Shown: positions 1-29,400 of the stretch, in pieces
Position numbering within the stretch: position 1 is the first letter of the stretch
Layout of the letters: the number at the start of each line of letters is the position of its first letter
Assembly: GCA_030390025.1 (NCBI GenBank)
Contig: CM059438.1
Span: 55,926,001 to 55,990,000 of the forward strand
DNA: 64,000 bases
Direction: 5' to 3'
Origin: Squalus acanthias
Lineage: Eukaryota
Position numbers and translations under genes: made by a program
Notes under the pieces: generated by a model
Databases searched by the model: none
Seen by the model: only the letters and a program-made list of their open reading frames with translations
What the model was told of the DNA's origin: nothing

Positions 1-16341
<16,341 letters not shown>

Positions 16342-16345
<4 letters not shown>

Positions 16346-18121
16346 CATAGATACATAGATACATAGAAGATAGGAGCAGGAGTAGGCCATCCGGCCCTTC
16401 GAGCCTGCTCCGCCATTTAATGAGATCATGGCTGATCCTCCAATTCAGTATCCCGTCCCCGCCTTCTCTCCGTAACCCTTAACCCCTTTTGCCTGTAGAA
16501 ATATATCTAATTCCCTCTTAAATATATTTAATGAGCTGGCGTACACTGCCCTCTGTGGCAATGAGTTTCACAGGTTCACCACCCTCTGAGTGAAGAAATT
16601 CCCCCTCATTTCTGTCCTAAATTGTTTAGCCCTTATCCTTAAATTATGTCCTCTAGTTCTGTTCTCACCCGCCAAGGGAAACATTCCTTCTGCATCTAGT
16701 CTGTCTAGACCTGTCAGAATTTTATACACTTCTATGAGGTCCCCTCTCAATCTTCTAAACTCCAGTGTGTACATCCCTAAACTACATAGTCTCTCCTCAT
16801 AGGTCAATCCCGCCATTCCTGGTATCAGCCTGGTGAATCGCCGCTGCACCCCCTCCATGGCAAGAACATCTTTCCTCAGATGAGGCGACCAAAACTGTAC
16901 ACAGTACTCGAGGTGTGGTCTCACCAGTGCCCTGTACAGCTGCAGCAAGGTATCCCTGTTCCTGTATTCCAACCCTTTTGCTATGAAGGCCAGCATACCG
17001 TTTGCCTTCTTGATCGCCTGTTGCACCTGCATGCTCGCCTTCAGTGACTGGTGTACAAGAACACCCAGGTCTCTCTGTACTTCCCCCTCTCCCAATTTAT
17101 TGCCATTTAAATAATAATTTGCCCTCCCGTTCCTGCACCCAAGGTGGATAACTTCGCACTTGTCCACATTATAGTGCATCTGCCATTTATCCGCCCAATC
17201 ACCCAGTCTGTCCAAATCGCTCTGGAGCTTCCTGGTCTCCTCCTCTGAGCCCACCCCCCCTCCTAGTTTAGTGTCGTCTGCAAATTTGGAAATGCTGCAT
17301 CCGACTCCCTGATCCAGGTCATTAATGTAAATTGTGAACAGCTGGGGACCCAGGACAGATCCCTGTGGTACCCCACTTGTTACTGCCTGCCATTCAGAAA
17401 ATGAGCCGTTTATTCCAACTCTCTGTTTTCTATCTGACAGCCAGTTCTCTATCCACGTCAATACTTTCCCCTTTATCCCATGAGCTTCAATTTTCCCTGC
17501 TAATCTTTTATGTGGGACCTTATCGAAGGCCTTTTGGAAGTCCAGGTACACCACATCTACTGGCTCTCCCCCATCTATTTTACCAGTTACTCCCTCAAAA
17601 AATTCCAATAGATTAGTCAAGCACGATTTACCCTTTGTAAATCCATGTTGACTCTGTCCTATCCTGTCCCCATTTGCTAAGTGCTCCGCTATTTCATCCT
17701 TAATGATGGACTCCAGCATTTTGCCCACAACTGATGTAAGGCTTACAGGTCTGTAATTACCTGCTTTTTCCCTACCCCCCTTTTTGAATAGTGGGGTAAC
17801 GTTAGCTACCCTCCAATCCATGGGCACTGTTCCCGAGTCTAATGAATTCTGAAAAATCATACTTAGTGCATCCGCTATCTCTAGGGCCACCTCCTTCAGC
17901 ACCCTAGGATGCATGTTATCAGGCCCTGGGGATTTGTCCGCCTTCAATCCCTTTAGCTTCCTTAACACCATATCCTTAGAGATATTGACTGGCGTCAGTT
18001 CCTCCTTTGCAAATGTCCCTATTTTTCCCGATATCCCAGGGAGGTTTTTTGTGTCTTCCTTCGTAAAGACTGACCCAAAGTATGCATTTAGTTGGTCTGC
18101 CATTTCTTTATTTCCCGTTAT
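16342..18121 (-). mobile_element. 5'-truncated CR1-clade non-LTR retrotransposon (chondrichthyan HER1-like), copy 1, about 1.78 kb
   Basis: RT ORF on the minus strand, 3' UTR GATCAGCCATGATC...GGAGCAGGCTCGAAGGGCCGGATGGCCTACTCCTGCTCC, and an 8-bp tail repeat (CTATGTAT)x3. There is no ORF1 or endonuclease domain, and satellite resumes directly at the 5' junction. Confidence 0.93.
16445..18103 (-). pseudogene. CR1 ORF2 remnant (reverse transcriptase plus C-terminal region) with premature TGA at 16570-16568; 511 aa translated instead of 552
   Basis: Motifs KSPGPD, NYRPVSL, QHGF, LDFQKAFD, SGVPQGSVLGP and FADD. The codon that is TGG (W) in copy 2 is TGA here; the remaining 41 codons are still present down to 16445. 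Confidence 0.9.
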
Positions 18122-21100
18122 ATAGAAATAGAGATAGAGATATGGACAGGGATAGGGATAGAGATAGGGACAGGGGTAGGGACAGGGATGGGGATAGCGA
18201 CAGGGATAGGGAGGGGGATAGGGATAGAGATAGGGACAATGATAGGGATAGAGATAGGGACAGGGATAGATATATGGATAGGGATAGAGATAGGGATAGA
18301 AATAGGGTTAGAGATATGGACAGGGATAGAGATAGGGACAGGGACAGGGATAGGCACAGGGACAGGGATAGGGATAGGGACAGGGATAGGGACAGCGATA
18401 GGGACAGGGATAGGAATAGCGATAGAGATAGGGATAGAGATAGGGACAGGGTTAGAGATAGAGATAGAGATAGAGATACGGATAGGGATAGAGATAGGGA
18501 TAGGGATAGAGTTAGGGACAGATAACGGGATAGGATAGAGATAGTGACAGAGAAAGGAGCAGGGATAGAGATAGAGACAGAGATAGAGACAGAGATAGAG
18601 ACAGAGATAGAGATAGGGATAGGGACAGGGATAGAGATAGGGATATGGATAGAGACATTGATATGGATATAATAGAGACAGGGAACGGGATAGGGATAGA
18701 TACAGGGATAGGGATAGAGATAGAGACAGGGACAGGGATAGGGATAGGGATAGGGATAGGGATAGGGACAGGGATAGGGATAGGGACAGGGATAGGGATA
18801 GGGACAGGGATAGGGATAGGGATAGAGACAGGGATAGGGATAGAGATGGGGATAGAGACAGGGATAGAGATAGGGAAAGGGATAGAGACAGGGATAGGGA
18901 GAGGGAGAGGGACAGGGAAAGGGATAGAGACAGAGATAGGGAGAGGGAGACGTACAGGGATAGAGACAGGGACAGGGATAGGGATAGGGATAGAGATAGT
19001 GATAGTGATAGAGATAGGGATAGAGAAAGGAGCAGGGATAGGGATAGAGATAGGGACAGGGATAGGGATAGGGATAGGGACAGGGATAGGGATAGGGACA
19101 GGGATAGGGATAGGGACAGGGATAGGGATAGGGACAGGAAGAGGGATAGGGAAAGGGATAGAGACAGGGATAGGGAGAGGGAGAGGGGCAGGGATAGGGA
19201 CAGGGATAGGGATAGGGATAGGGATAGAGACAGGGATAGAGAAAGGAGCAGGGATAGGGATAGAGATAGGGACAGGGATAGGGATAGGGATAGGTACAGG
19301 GATAGGGATAGGGACAGGGATAGGGATAGGGACAGGGATAGGGATAGGGATAGAGACAGGGAGAGGGATAGGGAAAGGGATAGAGACAGGGATAGGGAGA
19401 GGGAGAGGGACAGGGAAAGGGATAGAGACAGAGATAGGGAGAGGGAGACGTACAGGGATAGTGACAGGGATAGGGATAGGGATAGAGACAGGGATAGGGA
19501 TAGAGACAGGGATAGGGATAGAGGTAGGGATAGGGATAGAGATAGGGATAGAGATAGAGACAGGGATAGGGATAGAGACAGGGACAGGGTTAGGGATAGG
19601 GATAGGGATAGAGGTAGAAATAGGGATAGAAATAGGGATAGAGATATGGACAGGGATAGGGATAGAGATAGGGACAGGGGTAGGGACAGGGATGGGGATA
19701 GGGACAGGGATAGGGAGAGGGATAGGGATAGAGATGGGGATAGAAATAGAGATAGAAATAGAGATAGAGATATGGACAGGGATAGGGATAGAGATAGGGA
19801 CAGGGATAGGGATAGAGATAGGGACAGGGATAGGGATAGAGATAGGGATAGAAATAGGGATAGAGATATGGACAGGGATAGGGATAGAGATAGGGACAGG
19901 GATAGGGAAAGGGACAGGGACAGGTATAGGGATAGGGATAGAGATAGAGATAGGGACAGGGATAAGGATAGATATAGGGACAGGGATAGAGATAGGGATA
20001 GAGACAGTGACAGGGATAGAGATAGGGACAGGGATAGGGATAGAGACGGGGACAGGGACAGGAACAGGGATAGGGACAGGGATCGGGACAGTGATAGGGA
20101 TAGGGATAGGGACAGGGACAGGAATAGGGATAGGGATAGGGACAGGGATAGGGATAGGGATAGGGATAGGGATAGTGATAGGGATAGGGATAGGGACAGG
20201 GATAGGAATAGGGATAGGGATTGGGACAGGGATAGGGATAGGGATAGGGATAGGGACAGGGATAGGAATAGGGATAGGGATAGGGACAGGGATAGAGATA
20301 GGGACAGGGATAGGGATAGGGACAGGGACAGGAATAGGGATAGGGATAGGGACAGGGATAGGGATAGGGGTAGGGATAGGGATAGGGATAGTGATAGGGA
20401 TAGGGACAGGGATAGGGAGGGGGATAGGGATAGGGACAGAGATAGGGATAGGGATAGGGATAGTGATAGGGATAGGGATAGGAATAGGGATAGGGATAGG
20501 GATGGGTATAGGGATAGGAATAGGGAGGGGGATAGGAATAGGGATAGGGATAGGGATAGGGATAGGGATAGGGATAGGGATAGAGACAGGGACAGGGTTA
20601 GGGATAGGGATAGCGATAGAGATAGGGATTCGGATAGGGATAGAGACAGGGATAGGGATAGAGATGGGGATAGAGACAGGAATAGAGAAAGTAGCAGGGA
20701 TAGAGATAGGGATAGAGGTAGGGACAGGGATAGGGATAGGGACAGGGATAGAGATAGGGATAGAAATAGGGATAGAAATAGAGATAGAGATATGGACAGG
20801 GATAGGGATAGAGATAGGGACAGGGGTAGGGACAGGGATGGGGATAGGGACAGGGATAGGGAGGGGGATAGGGATAGAGATAGGGACAGGGATAGATATA
20901 TGGATAGGGATAGAGATAGGGATAGAAATAGGGTTAGAGATATGGACAGGGATAGAGATAGGGACAGGGACAGGGATAGGGACAGGGACAGGGATAGGGA
21001 TAGGGACAGGGATAGGGACAGCGATAGGGACAGGGATAGGAATAGCGATAGAGATAGGGATAGAGATAGGGACAGGGTTAGAGATAGAGATAGAGATAGA

Positions 21101-22996
21101 GATACGGATAGGGATAGAGATAGGGATAGGGATAGAGTTAGGGACAGATAACGGGATAGGATAGAGATAGTGACAGAGAAAGGAGCAGGGATAGAGATAG
21201 AGACAGAGATAGAGACAGAGATAGAGACAGAGATAGAGATAGGGATAGGGACAGGGATAGAGATAGGGATATGGATAGAGACATTGATATGGATATAATA
21301 GAGACAGGGAAAGGGATAGGGATAGATACAGGGATAGGGATAGAGATAGAGACAGGGACAGGGATAGGGATAGGGATAGGGACAGGGATAGGGATAGGGA
21401 CAGGGATAGGGATAGGGACAGGGATAGGGATAGGGACAGGGATAGGGATAGGGATAGAGACAGGGATAGGGATAGAGATGGGGATAGAGACAGGGATAGA
21501 GATAGGGAAAGGGATAGAGACAGGGATAGGGAGAGGGAGTGGGACAGGGAAAGGGATAGAGACAGAGATAGGGAGAGGGAGACGTACAGGGATAGAGACA
21601 GGGACAGGGATAGGGATAGGGATAGAGATAGGGATAGTGATAGAGATAGGGATAGAGAAAGGAGCAGGGATAGGGATAGAGATAGGGACAGGGATAGGGA
21701 TAGGGATAGGGACAGGGATAGGGATAGGGACAGGGATAGGGATAGGGACAGGGATAGGGATAGGGACAGGAAGAGGGATAGGGAAAGGGATAGAGACAGG
21801 GATAGGGAGAGGGAGAGGGGCAGGGATAGGGACAGGGATAGGGATAGGGATAGGGATAGAGACAGGGATAGAGAAAGGAGCAGGGATAGGGATAGAGATA
21901 GGGACAGGGATAGGGATAGGGATAGGTACAGGGATAGGGATAGGGACAGGGATAGGGATAGGGACAGGGATAGGGATAGGGATAGAGACAGGGAGAGGGA
22001 TAGGGAAAGGGATAGAGACAGGGATAGGGAGAGGGAGAGGGACAGGGAAAGGGGTAGAGACAGAGATAGGGAGAGGGAGACGTACAGGGATAGTGACAGG
22101 GATAGGGATAGGGATAGAGACAGGGATAGGGATAGAGACAGGGATAGGGATAGAGGTAGGGATAGGGATAGAGATAGGGATAGGGATAGAGACAGGGATA
22201 GGGATGGAGACAGGGACAGGGTTAGGGATAGGGATAGGGATAGAGATAGAAATAGGGATAGAAATAGGGACAGAGATATGGACAGGGATAGGGATAGAGA
22301 TAGGGACAGGGGTAGGGACAGGGATGGGGATAGGGACAGGGATAGGGAGAGGGATAGGGATAGAGATAGGGGTAGAAATAGAGATAGAAATAGGGATAGA
22401 GATATGGACAGGGATAGGGATAGAGATAGGGACAGGGATAGGGATAGAGATAGGGACAGGGATAGGGATAGAGATAGGGATAGAAATAGGGATAGAGATA
22501 TGGACAGGGATAGGGATAGAGATATGGACAGGGATAGGGATAGAGATAGGGACAGGGATAGGGAAAGGGACAGGGACAGGTATAGGGATAGGGATAGAGA
22601 TAGAGATAGGGACAGGGATAAGGATAGATATAGGGACAGGGATAGAGATAGGGATAGAGACAGTGACAGGGATAGAGATAGGGACAGGGATAGGGATAGA
22701 GACGGGGACAGGGACAGGAACAGGGATAGGGACAGGGATCGGGACAGTGATAGGGATAGGGATAGGGACAGGGACAGGAATAGGGATAGGGATAGGGACA
22801 GGGATAGGGATAGGGATAGGGATAGGGATAGTGATAGGGATAGGGATAGGGACAGGGATAGGAATAGGGATAGGGATTGGGACAGGGATAGGGATAGGGA
22901 TAGGGATAGGGATAGGGATAGGGACAGGGATAGGAATAGGGATAGGGATAGGGACAGGGATAGAGATAGGGACAGGGATAGGGATAGGGACAGGGA
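18122..22996 (+). repeat. GGGATA complex satellite, block B (includes a 2626-bp HOR unit)
   Basis: Same hexamers and landmarks (landmark ends 18538 and 21164). Private variant GAGACGTACAGG at about 18947, 19445, 21579 and 22077. Confidence 0.97.
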
Positions 22997-23496
22997 NNNN
23001 NNNNNNNNNNNNNNNNNNNNNNNNNNNNNNNNNNNNNNNNNNNNNNNNNNNNNNNNNNNNNNNNNNNNNNNNNNNNNNNNNNNNNNNNNNNNNNNNNNNN
23101 NNNNNNNNNNNNNNNNNNNNNNNNNNNNNNNNNNNNNNNNNNNNNNNNNNNNNNNNNNNNNNNNNNNNNNNNNNNNNNNNNNNNNNNNNNNNNNNNNNNN
23201 NNNNNNNNNNNNNNNNNNNNNNNNNNNNNNNNNNNNNNNNNNNNNNNNNNNNNNNNNNNNNNNNNNNNNNNNNNNNNNNNNNNNNNNNNNNNNNNNNNNN
23301 NNNNNNNNNNNNNNNNNNNNNNNNNNNNNNNNNNNNNNNNNNNNNNNNNNNNNNNNNNNNNNNNNNNNNNNNNNNNNNNNNNNNNNNNNNNNNNNNNNNN
23401 NNNNNNNNNNNNNNNNNNNNNNNNNNNNNNNNNNNNNNNNNNNNNNNNNNNNNNNNNNNNNNNNNNNNNNNNNNNNNNNNNNNNNNNNNNNNNNNN
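22997..23496. other. Scaffold gap (500 N)
   Basis: Exactly 500 N; the round fixed size implies the true length is unknown. Confidence 1.
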
Positions 23497-26400
23497 CTAT
23501 CCCTATCCCTATCCCTATCCCTATCCCTGTCCCTATCCCTATCCCTATTCCTGTCCCTGTCCCTATCCCTGTCCCTATCCCTGTCCCTATCCCTGTTCCT
23601 GTCCCTGTCCCCGTCTCTATCCCTATCCCTGTCCCTATCTCTATCCCTGTCCCTGTCTCAACCCTATCTCTATCCCTGTCCCTATATCTATCCTTATCCC
23701 TGTCCCTATCTCTATCTCTATCCCTATCCCTATCCCTGTCCCTGTCACTTTCCCTATCCCTGTCCCTATCTCTATCCCTATCCCTGTCCATATCTCTATC
23801 CCTATTTCTATCCCTATGTCTATCCCTATCCCTGTCCCCATCCCTGTCCCTACCCCTGTCCCTATCTCTATCCCTATCCCTGTCCATATCTCTATCCCTA
23901 TTTCTATCCCTATTTCTATCCCTATCTCTATCCCTGTCCCTATCCCTATCCCTGTCCCTAGCTCTATCCCTATCTCTATCCCTGCGACTTTCTCTATCCC
24001 TGTCTCTATCCCCATCTCTATCCCTATCCCTGTCTCTATCCCTATCCGAATCCCTATCTCTATCGCTATCCATATCCCTAACCCTGTCCCTGTCTCTATC
24101 CCTATCCCTATCCCTATCTCTATCCCTATCCCTATCCCTAACCCTGTCCCTGTCTCCATCCCTATCCCTGTCTCTATCCCCATCCCTATCTCTATCCCTA
24201 TCCCTACCTCTATCCCTATCCCTGTCTCTATCCCTATCCCTGTCTCTATCCCTATCCCTATCCCTATCCCTGTCACTATCCCTGTACCTCTCCCTCTCCC
24301 TATCTCTGTCTCTATCCCTTTCCCTGTCCCTCTCCCTCTCCCTATCCCTGTCTCTATCCCTTTCCCTATCCCTCTCCCTGTCTCTATCCCTATCCCTATC
24401 CCTGTCCCTATCCCTATCCCTGTCCCTATCCCTATCCCTGTCCCTATCCCTATCCCTATCCCTGTCCCTATCTCTATCCCTATCCCTGCTCCTTTCTCTA
24501 TCCCTGTCTCTATCCCTATCCCTATCCCTATCCCTGTCCCTATCCCTATCCCTGTCCCTATCCCTATCCCTATCCCTATCCCTATCCCTATCCCTATCCC
24601 TGTCCCTATCTCTATCCCTATCCCTGCTCCTTTCTCTATCCCTATCTCTATCACTATCTCTATCTCTATCCCTATCCCTATCCCTGTCCCTGTCTCTATC
24701 TCTATCCCTATCCCTGTATCTATCCCTATCCATTTCCCTGTCTCTATTATATCCATATCCATGTCTCTATCCATATCCCTATCTCTATCCCTGTCCCTAT
24801 CCCTATCTCTATCTCTGTCTCTATCTCTGTCTCTATCTCTGTCTCTATCTCTATCCCTGCTCCTTTCTCTGTCACGATCTCTATCCTATCCCGTTATCTG
24901 TCCCTAACTCTATCCCTATCCCTATCTCTATCCCTATCCCTATCTCTATCTCTATCTCTATCTCTATCCCTGTCCCTATCTCTATCCCTATCTCTATCGC
25001 TATTCCTATCCCTGTCCCTATCCCTGTCCCTATCCCTGTCCCGATCCCTATCCCTGTCCCTGTCCCTATCCCTGTCCCTGTCCCTATCCCTATCCCTGTC
25101 CATATCTCTAACCCTATTTCTATCCCTATCTCTATCCCTATCCATATATCTATCCCTGTCCCTATCTCTATCCCTATCCCTGTCCCTATCTCTATCCCTA
25201 TCCCCCTCCCTATCCCTGTCCCTATCCCCATCCCTGTCCCTACCCCTGTCCCTATCTCTATCCCTATCCCTGTCCATATCTCTATCTCTATTTCTATCCC
25301 TATTTCTATCCCTATCTCTATCCCTGTCCCTATCCCTATCCCTGTCCCTACCTCTATCCCTATCTCTATCCCTGCTACTTTCTCTATTCCTGTCTCTATC
25401 CCCATCTCTATCCCTATCCCTGTCTCTATCCCTATCCGAATCCCTATCTCTATCGCTATCCCTATCCATAACCCTGTCCCTGTCTCTATCCCTATCCCTA
25501 TCCTTATCCCTATCCCTATCCCTGTCCCAATCCCTATCCCTATTCCTATCCCTGTCCCTATCCCTATCCCTATCACTATCCCTATCCCTATCCCTATCCC
25601 TATCCCTATCCCTGTCCCTATCCCTATCCCTATTCCTGTCCCTGTCCCTATCCCTGTCCCTATCCCTGTCCCTATCCCTGTTCCTGTCCCTGTCCCCGTC
25701 TCTATCCCTATCCCTGTCCCTATCTCTATCCCTGTCCCTGTCTCAACCCTATCTCTATCCCTGTCCCTATATCTATCCTTATCCCTGTCCCTATCTCTAT
25801 CTCTATCCCTATCCCTATCCCTGTCCCTGTCACTTTCCCTATCCCTGTCCCTATCTCTATCCCTATCCCTGTCCATATCTCTATCCCTATTTCTATCCCT
25901 ATGTCTATCCCTATCCCTGTCCCCATCCCTGTCCCTACCCCTGTCCCTATCTCTATCCCTATCCCTGTCCATATCTCTATCCCTATTTCTATCCCTATTT
26001 CTATCCCTATCTCTATCCCTGTCCCTATCCCTATCCCTGTCCCTAGCTCTATCCCTATCTCTATCCCTGCGACTTTCTCTATCCCTGTCTCTATCCCCAT
26101 CTCTATCCCTATCCCTGTCTCTATCCCTATCCGAATCCCTATCTCTATCGCTATCCATATCCCTAACCCTGTCCCTGTCTCTATCCCTATCCCTATCCCT
26201 ATCTCTATCCCTATCCCTATCCCTAACCCTGTCCCTGTCTCCATCCCTATCCCTGTCTCTATCCCCATCCCTATCTCTATCCCTATCCCTACCTCTATCC
26301 CTATCCCTGTCTCTATCCCTATCCCTGTCTCTATCCCTATCCCTATCCCTATCCCTGTCACTATCCCTGTACCTCTCCCTCTCCCTATCTCTGTCTCTAT

Positions 26401-29400
26401 CCCTTTCCCTGTCCCTCTCCCTCTCCCTATCCCTGTTTCTATCCCTTTCCCTATCCCTCTCCCTGTCTCTATCCCTATCCCTATCCCTGTCCCTATCCCT
26501 ATCCCTGTCCCTATCCCTATCCCTGTCCCTATCCCTATCCCTATCCCTGTCCCTATCTCTATCCCTATCCCTGCTCCTTTCTCTATCCCTGTCTCTATCC
26601 CTATCCCTATCCCTATCCCTGTCCCTATCCCTATCCCTGTCCCTATCCCTATCCCTATCCCTATCCCTATCCCTATCCCTGTCCCTATCTCTATCCCTAT
26701 CCCTGCTCCTTTCTCTATCCCTATCTCTATCACTATCTCTATCTCTATCCCTATCCCTATCCCTGTCCCTGTCTCTATCTCTATCCCTATCCCTGTATCT
26801 ATCCCTATCCATTTCCCTGTCTCTATTATATCCATATCCATGTCTCTATCCATATCCCTATCTCTATCCCTGTCCCTATCCCTATCTCTATCTCTGTCTC
26901 TATCTCTGTCTCTATCTCTGTCTCTATCTCTATCCCTGCTCCTTTCTCTGTCACGATCTCTATCCTATCCCGTTATCTGTCCCTAACTCTATCCCTATCC
27001 CTATCTCTATCCCTATCCCTATCTCTATCTCTATCTCTATCTCTATCCCTGTCCCTATCTCTATCCCTATCTCTATCGCTATTCCTATCCCTGTCCCTAT
27101 CCCTGTCCCTATCCCTGTCCCGATCCCTATCCCTGTCCCTGTCCCTATCCCTGTCCCTGTCCCTATCCCTATCCCTGTCCATATCTCTAACCCTATTTCT
27201 ATCCCTATCTCTATCCCTATCCATATATCTATCCCTGTCCCTATCTCTATCCCTATCCCTGTCCCTATCTCTATCCCTATCCCCCTCCCTATCCCTGTCC
27301 CTATCCCCATCCCTGTCCCTACCCCTGTCCCTATCTCTATCCCTATCCCTGTCCATATCTCTATCTCTATTTCTATCCCTATTTCTATCCCTATCTCTAT
27401 CCCTGTCCCTATCCCTATCCCTGTCCCTACCTCTATCCCTATCTCTATCCCTGCTACTTTCTCTATTCCTGTCTCTATCCCCATCTCTATCCCTATCCCT
27501 GTCTCTATCCCTATCCGAATCCCTATCTCTATCGCTATCCCTATCCATAACCCTGTCCCTGTCTCTATCCCTATCCCTATCCCTATCCCTATCCCTATTC
27601 CTATCCCCCTCCCTATTCCTAACCCTATACCCATCCCTATCCCTATCCCTATTCCTATCCCTATCCCTATCCCTGTCCCTATCCCTATCCCTATTCCTGT
27701 CCCTGTCCCTATCCCTATCCCTGTCCCTATCTCTATCCCTGTCCCTATCCCTATCCCTATTCCTATCCCTGTCCCTATCCCTATCCCTATCCCTATCCCT
27801 ATCCCTATCCCTGTCCCAATCCCTATCCCTATTCCTATCCCTGTCCCTATCCCTATCCCTATCACTATCCCTATCCCTATCCCTATCCCTATCCCTGTCC
27901 CTATCCCTATCCCTATTCCTGTCCCTGTCCCTATCCCTATCCCTATCACTGTCCCGATCCCTGTCCCTATCCCTGTTCCTGTCCCTGTCCCCGTCTCTAT
28001 CCCTATCCCTGTCCCTATCTCTATCCCTGTCACTGTCTCTATCCCTATCTCTATCCCTGTCCCTATATCTATCCTTATCCCTGTCCCTATCTCTATCTCT
28101 ATCCCTATCCCTATACCTGTCCCTGTCCCTTTCCCTATCCCTGTCCCTATCTCTATCCCTATCCCTGTCCATATCTCTATCCCTATCCCTGTCCATATCT
28201 CTATCCCTATTTCTATCCCTATCTCTATCCCTATCCCTGTCCCTATCTCTATCCCTATCCCTGTCCCTATCTCTATCCCTATCCCTCTCCATATCTCTAT
28301 CCCTATTTCTATCTCTATTTCTACCCCTATCTCTATCCCTATCCCTCTCCCTATCCCTGTCCCTATCCCCATCCCTGTCCCTACCCCTGTCCCTATCTCT
28401 ATCCCTATCCCTGTCCATATCTCTGTCCCTATTTCTATCCCTATTTCTACCTCTATCCCTATCCCTATCCCTAACCCTGTCCCTGTCTCCATCCCTATCC
28501 CTGTCTCTATCCGTATCCCTATCTCTATCCCTATCCCTACCTCTATCCCTATCCCTGTCTCTATCCCTATCCCTGTCTCTATCCCTATCCCTATCCCTGT
28601 CACTATCCCTGTACGTCTCCCTCTCCCTATCTCTGTCTCTACCCCTTTCCCTGTCCCTCTCCCTCTCCCTATCCCTGTCTCTATCCCTTTCCCTATCCCT
28701 CTCCCTGTCTCTATCCCTATCCCTATCCCTGTCCCTATCCCTATCCCTGTCCCTATCCCTATCCCTGTACCTATCCCTATCCCTATCCCTGTCCCTATCT
28801 CTATCCCTATCCCTGCTCCTTTCTCTATCCCTGTCTCTATCCCTATCCCTATCCCTATCCCTGTCCCTATCCCTGCCCCTCTCCCTCTCCCTATCCCTGT
28901 CTCTATCCCTTTCCCTATCCCTCTTCCTGTCCCTATCCCTATCCCTGTCCCTATCCCTATCCCTGTCCCTATCCCTATCCCTGTCCCTATCCCTATCCCT
29001 ATCCCTGTCCCTATCTCTATCCCTATCCCTGCTCCTTTCTCTATCCCTATCTCTATCACTATCCCTATCTCTATCCCTATCCCTATCCCTGTCCCTGTCT
29101 CTATCCCTGTACGTCTCCCTCTCCCTATCTCTGTCTCTATCCCTTTCCCTGTCCCACTCCCTCTCCCTATCCCTGTCTCTATCCCTTTCCCTATCTCTAT
29201 CCCTGTCTCTATCCCCATCTCTATCCCTATCCCTGTCTCTATCCCTATCCCTATCCCTGTCCCTATCCCTATCCCTGTCCCTATCCCTATCCCTGTCCCT
29301 ATCCCTATCCCTATCCCTATCCCTATCCCTATCCCTGTCCCTGTCTCTATCTCTATCCCTATCCCTGTATCTATCCCTATCCCTTTCCCTGTCTCTATTA

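Noticed and set aside
16590..18125. Short ORFs antisense to the CR1 RT (70-83 aa), mirrored at 32583-34118
   Set aside because: Shadow frames of the RT gene with no independent support.
22997..23496. Head-to-head G-strand/C-strand junction resembling a telomere-fusion scar
   Set aside because: The junction is an unsequenced 500-N gap and the right contig duplicates the left one, so the orientation is unverified.
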